In this document: piece after piece, positions 62,626-64,000 of the stretch
Numbering within the stretch: position 1 is the first letter of the stretch
Layout of the letters: each line of letters starts with the position of its first letter
Assembly (NCBI GenBank): GCA_036374435.1
Contig: DASUTU010000030.1
Span: 15,539-79,538, forward strand
Source: Actinomycetota bacterium
Lineage (GTDB): Bacteria > Actinomycetota > UBA4738 > HRBIN12
Reading direction: 5' to 3'
DNA length: 64,000 nt
Program-made: the position numbers and the translations under genes
The notes under the pieces: model-generated
Told to the model about the DNA's origin: nothing
Databases searched by the model: none
What the model saw: only the letters and a program-made list of their open reading frames with translations

Positions 62626-64000
62626 CTACGCGACGAGCGCCGAGCAGAACTCGTCGAACGCCTCGAGGTAGCGCTCGACGTCCTCCTCCGAGTGCTGCAC
62701 CGAGATCGTCCACTGCTCTTCGTCGCCGGGCGTCATGAAGATGCCGCGGTTGATCATCCAGGAGAAGGAGGCGTAGAAGAGCTCGGGGATGGTCTCGAGG
62801 AAGTCGCGGTAGCTGGTGAGCGGCTCCTTGCGGTACGAGACGCATCCCTTGGCGCCCAGGTCCACGGCGTGCGCCGGGATCCCGGTCTCGACGATGGCCC
62901 GCTCGCACCCCTCGGCCAGCATGGTGCCGAGCTTGCCGAGGTGGTCGTAGGCGTCTTTCGTCAGGACCTCGGTCAGCGCGGCCAGCCCGGCCGCGACCGA
63001 GAGCGGATTCCCGTTGAACGTCCCCTGCTGGGCCGCGCCCTTGGTGACCAGGTCCATGAACCGCGCCTCGCCGCCGAAGGCACCGATGGTGGCTCCGCCG
63101 CCCAGAGCCTTGGCGAACGCCGCCAGGTGGGGCTTCACGCCGTAGCGCTCGGCGGTCCCGCCGTACGCGATCGTGCCCCCGCACTTGACCTCGTCGTAGA
63201 TCAGGACCGCGCCGCCTGCTTCGCACGCGTCGCGCAGCGCCTGGAGGTACCCGGGTTTGGGCGGAACGAGCCCGATGTTCATCATCACCGGCTCGAGGAT
63301 CACCGCCGCGATCTGGTCTGGGTTGTCCGCGAAGGCCTGAGTGACGGCTTCGGCATCGTTGAACGGCACCACGATGACCGTGTCCCACAGCGCCTCCGGG
63401 ATGCCCTTGGAGGTGGGCCGCGTCGTGTACCAGCTCTGGCCCTCGGCGCCGGTCTCGTACCGCATCTCGAGCACGTCGGCCTCGGGCACCACCGAGAACA
63501 GGAGCGAGTCGTGGTGGCCGTGGTACGAACCCTCCATCTTCACGACCCTGTCCCGGCCGGTGGCCGCCCGGGCCACCCGGAGGGCGTCCATGGTCGCCTC
63601 GGTCCCGGAGTTCACGAACCGCATCTGCTCGAGCTGGAACCGTTCGCAGATGGCCTCGGCCAGGGCCACCGTGCTCTCGGTGGTCACCGCGAAGTGGATG
63701 CCCTGGTCGGCGACGTTTCGGATGGCCTCGACGATCTTCGGGTGGGCGTGGCCCACGACGTTGACGCCGAACCCGCCGTGGAAGTCCACGTACTCCGTCC
63801 CGTCCACGTCCCAGACTCGCGACCCCCGGCCGCGCTGGAGATAGACGGGGTAGGGGTGGCCGGCTTGGAAGTTCGACGCGACTCCGTTCGGCATGCTTCG
63901 AACCGCTCGCTCGAACAGCGCCTTGGACGCGGGCGTCCGCTCCAGCAGACGCGCCGTCTCCCGATCCGCGATCTCGTTCGCCCTGGCCTTCAGCCGCTCA
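62626..64000 (-). CDS. Class-III aminotransferase (glutamate-1-semialdehyde aminomutase-like family); 5' end uncertain
   Basis: The listed ORF 62626..63894 begins MPNGVASNFQAG. The frame stays open upstream to the window edge (..ERTPASKALFERAVRSMPNGV), so the true start may lie beyond 64000 or at a non-ATG codon. PLP motifs VILEPV, DEVKCGG and FAKALGGG are present. Confidence 0.75.
   Translation of the reverse strand, partial: ERLKARANEIADRETARLLERTPASKALFERAVRSMPNGVASNFQAGHPYPVYLQRGRGSRVWDVDGTEYVDFHGGFGVNVVGHAHPKIVEAIRNVADQGIHFAVTTESTVALAEAICERFQLEQMRFVNSGTEATMDALRVARAATGRDRVVKMEGSYHGHHDSLLFSVVPEADVLEMRYETGAEGQSWYTTRPTSKGIPEALWDTVIVVPFNDAEAVTQAFADNPDQIAAVILEPVMMNIGLVPPKPGYLQALRDACEAGGAVLIYDEVKCGGTIAYGGTAERYGVKPHLAAFAKALGGGATIGAFGGEARFMDLVTKGAAQQGTFNGNPLSVAAGLAALTEVLTKDAYDHLGKLGTMLAEGCERAIVETGIPAHAVDLGAKGCVSYRKEPLTSYRDFLETIPELFYASFSWMINRGIFMTPGDEEQWTISVQHSEEDVERYLEAFDEFCSALVA

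Overview
This is a high-GC (about 70%) actinobacterial-type chromosomal window, densely packed with respiratory-chain genes. Coding calls rest on the supplied ORF track; start codons were re-placed by recognisable N-termini and by the pervasive 4-nt stop/start overlaps (ATGA/GTGA).

Gene content, left to right:
- 1-7100 (+): a translationally coupled catabolic operon. It runs aldehyde dehydrogenase (3' fragment), GabT-like class-III aminotransferase, CoA-transferase A and B subunits, a second class-III aminotransferase, an HDAC-family deacetylase and pyruvate kinase.
- 7113-10770: an SDR oxidoreductase, a hypothetical protein, a Clp1/Grc3-family P-loop polynucleotide-kinase homologue, a 33-aa ribosomal protein bS22 gene that the ORF track misses, and a lipoprotein alpha/beta-hydrolase.
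- 11011-16841: a secreted SpoIVB-like S55 peptidase, a sugar-phosphate isomerase, a membrane protein, a membrane ZAS anti-sigma/ECF sigma pair divergent from a glutaredoxin-like gene, and the redox sensor Rex.
- 16825-21663 (-): a Bacillus/b6f-like Rieske/cytochrome-b operon. It has a split cytochrome b (b6 plus subunit IV), Rieske protein, a mono-heme membrane cytochrome c and a 2[4Fe-4S] ferredoxin. Two unknown membrane proteins and a possible 37-aa peptide gene are also present.
- 21870-30388: ccdA, then a caa3-type oxidase cluster. This is ctaC with a fused cytochrome c domain, ctaD with a CtaF-like C-terminal extension, ctaE, ctaF, ctaG and a membrane di-cupredoxin. A convergent CtaA-CtaB (heme A synthase / heme O synthase) fusion gene follows.
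- 30478-48958 (+): a polyprenyl synthase, a PPOX-family protein, a MenJ-like geranylgeranyl reductase, a complete 14-gene nuoA-N operon and a long-chain prenyl-diphosphate synthase.
- 49065-58177 (+): a second complex-I-like operon with only nuoA, B, C, H, I, J, K, L, M, N. No D, E, F or G is encoded there.
- 58230-64000: htpX, an IS110-family insertion, and a HAD hydrolase / PLP decarboxylase / class-III aminotransferase trio.

Most notable non-obvious signals:
- Canonical Rex operators (TTGTGAA-N4-TTCACAA) sit upstream of the ggr-nuo1 operon (two tandem copies), nuo2, and the divergent ccdA/bc-complex promoters. A variant sits upstream of rex itself.
- A conserved 28-aa motif, ETF-RVLA--LA-G-DRRVAEG-AR-AA, is tethered by Ala/Pro-rich linkers to the N-terminus of cytochrome-b subunit IV and to the C-terminus of NuoI2.
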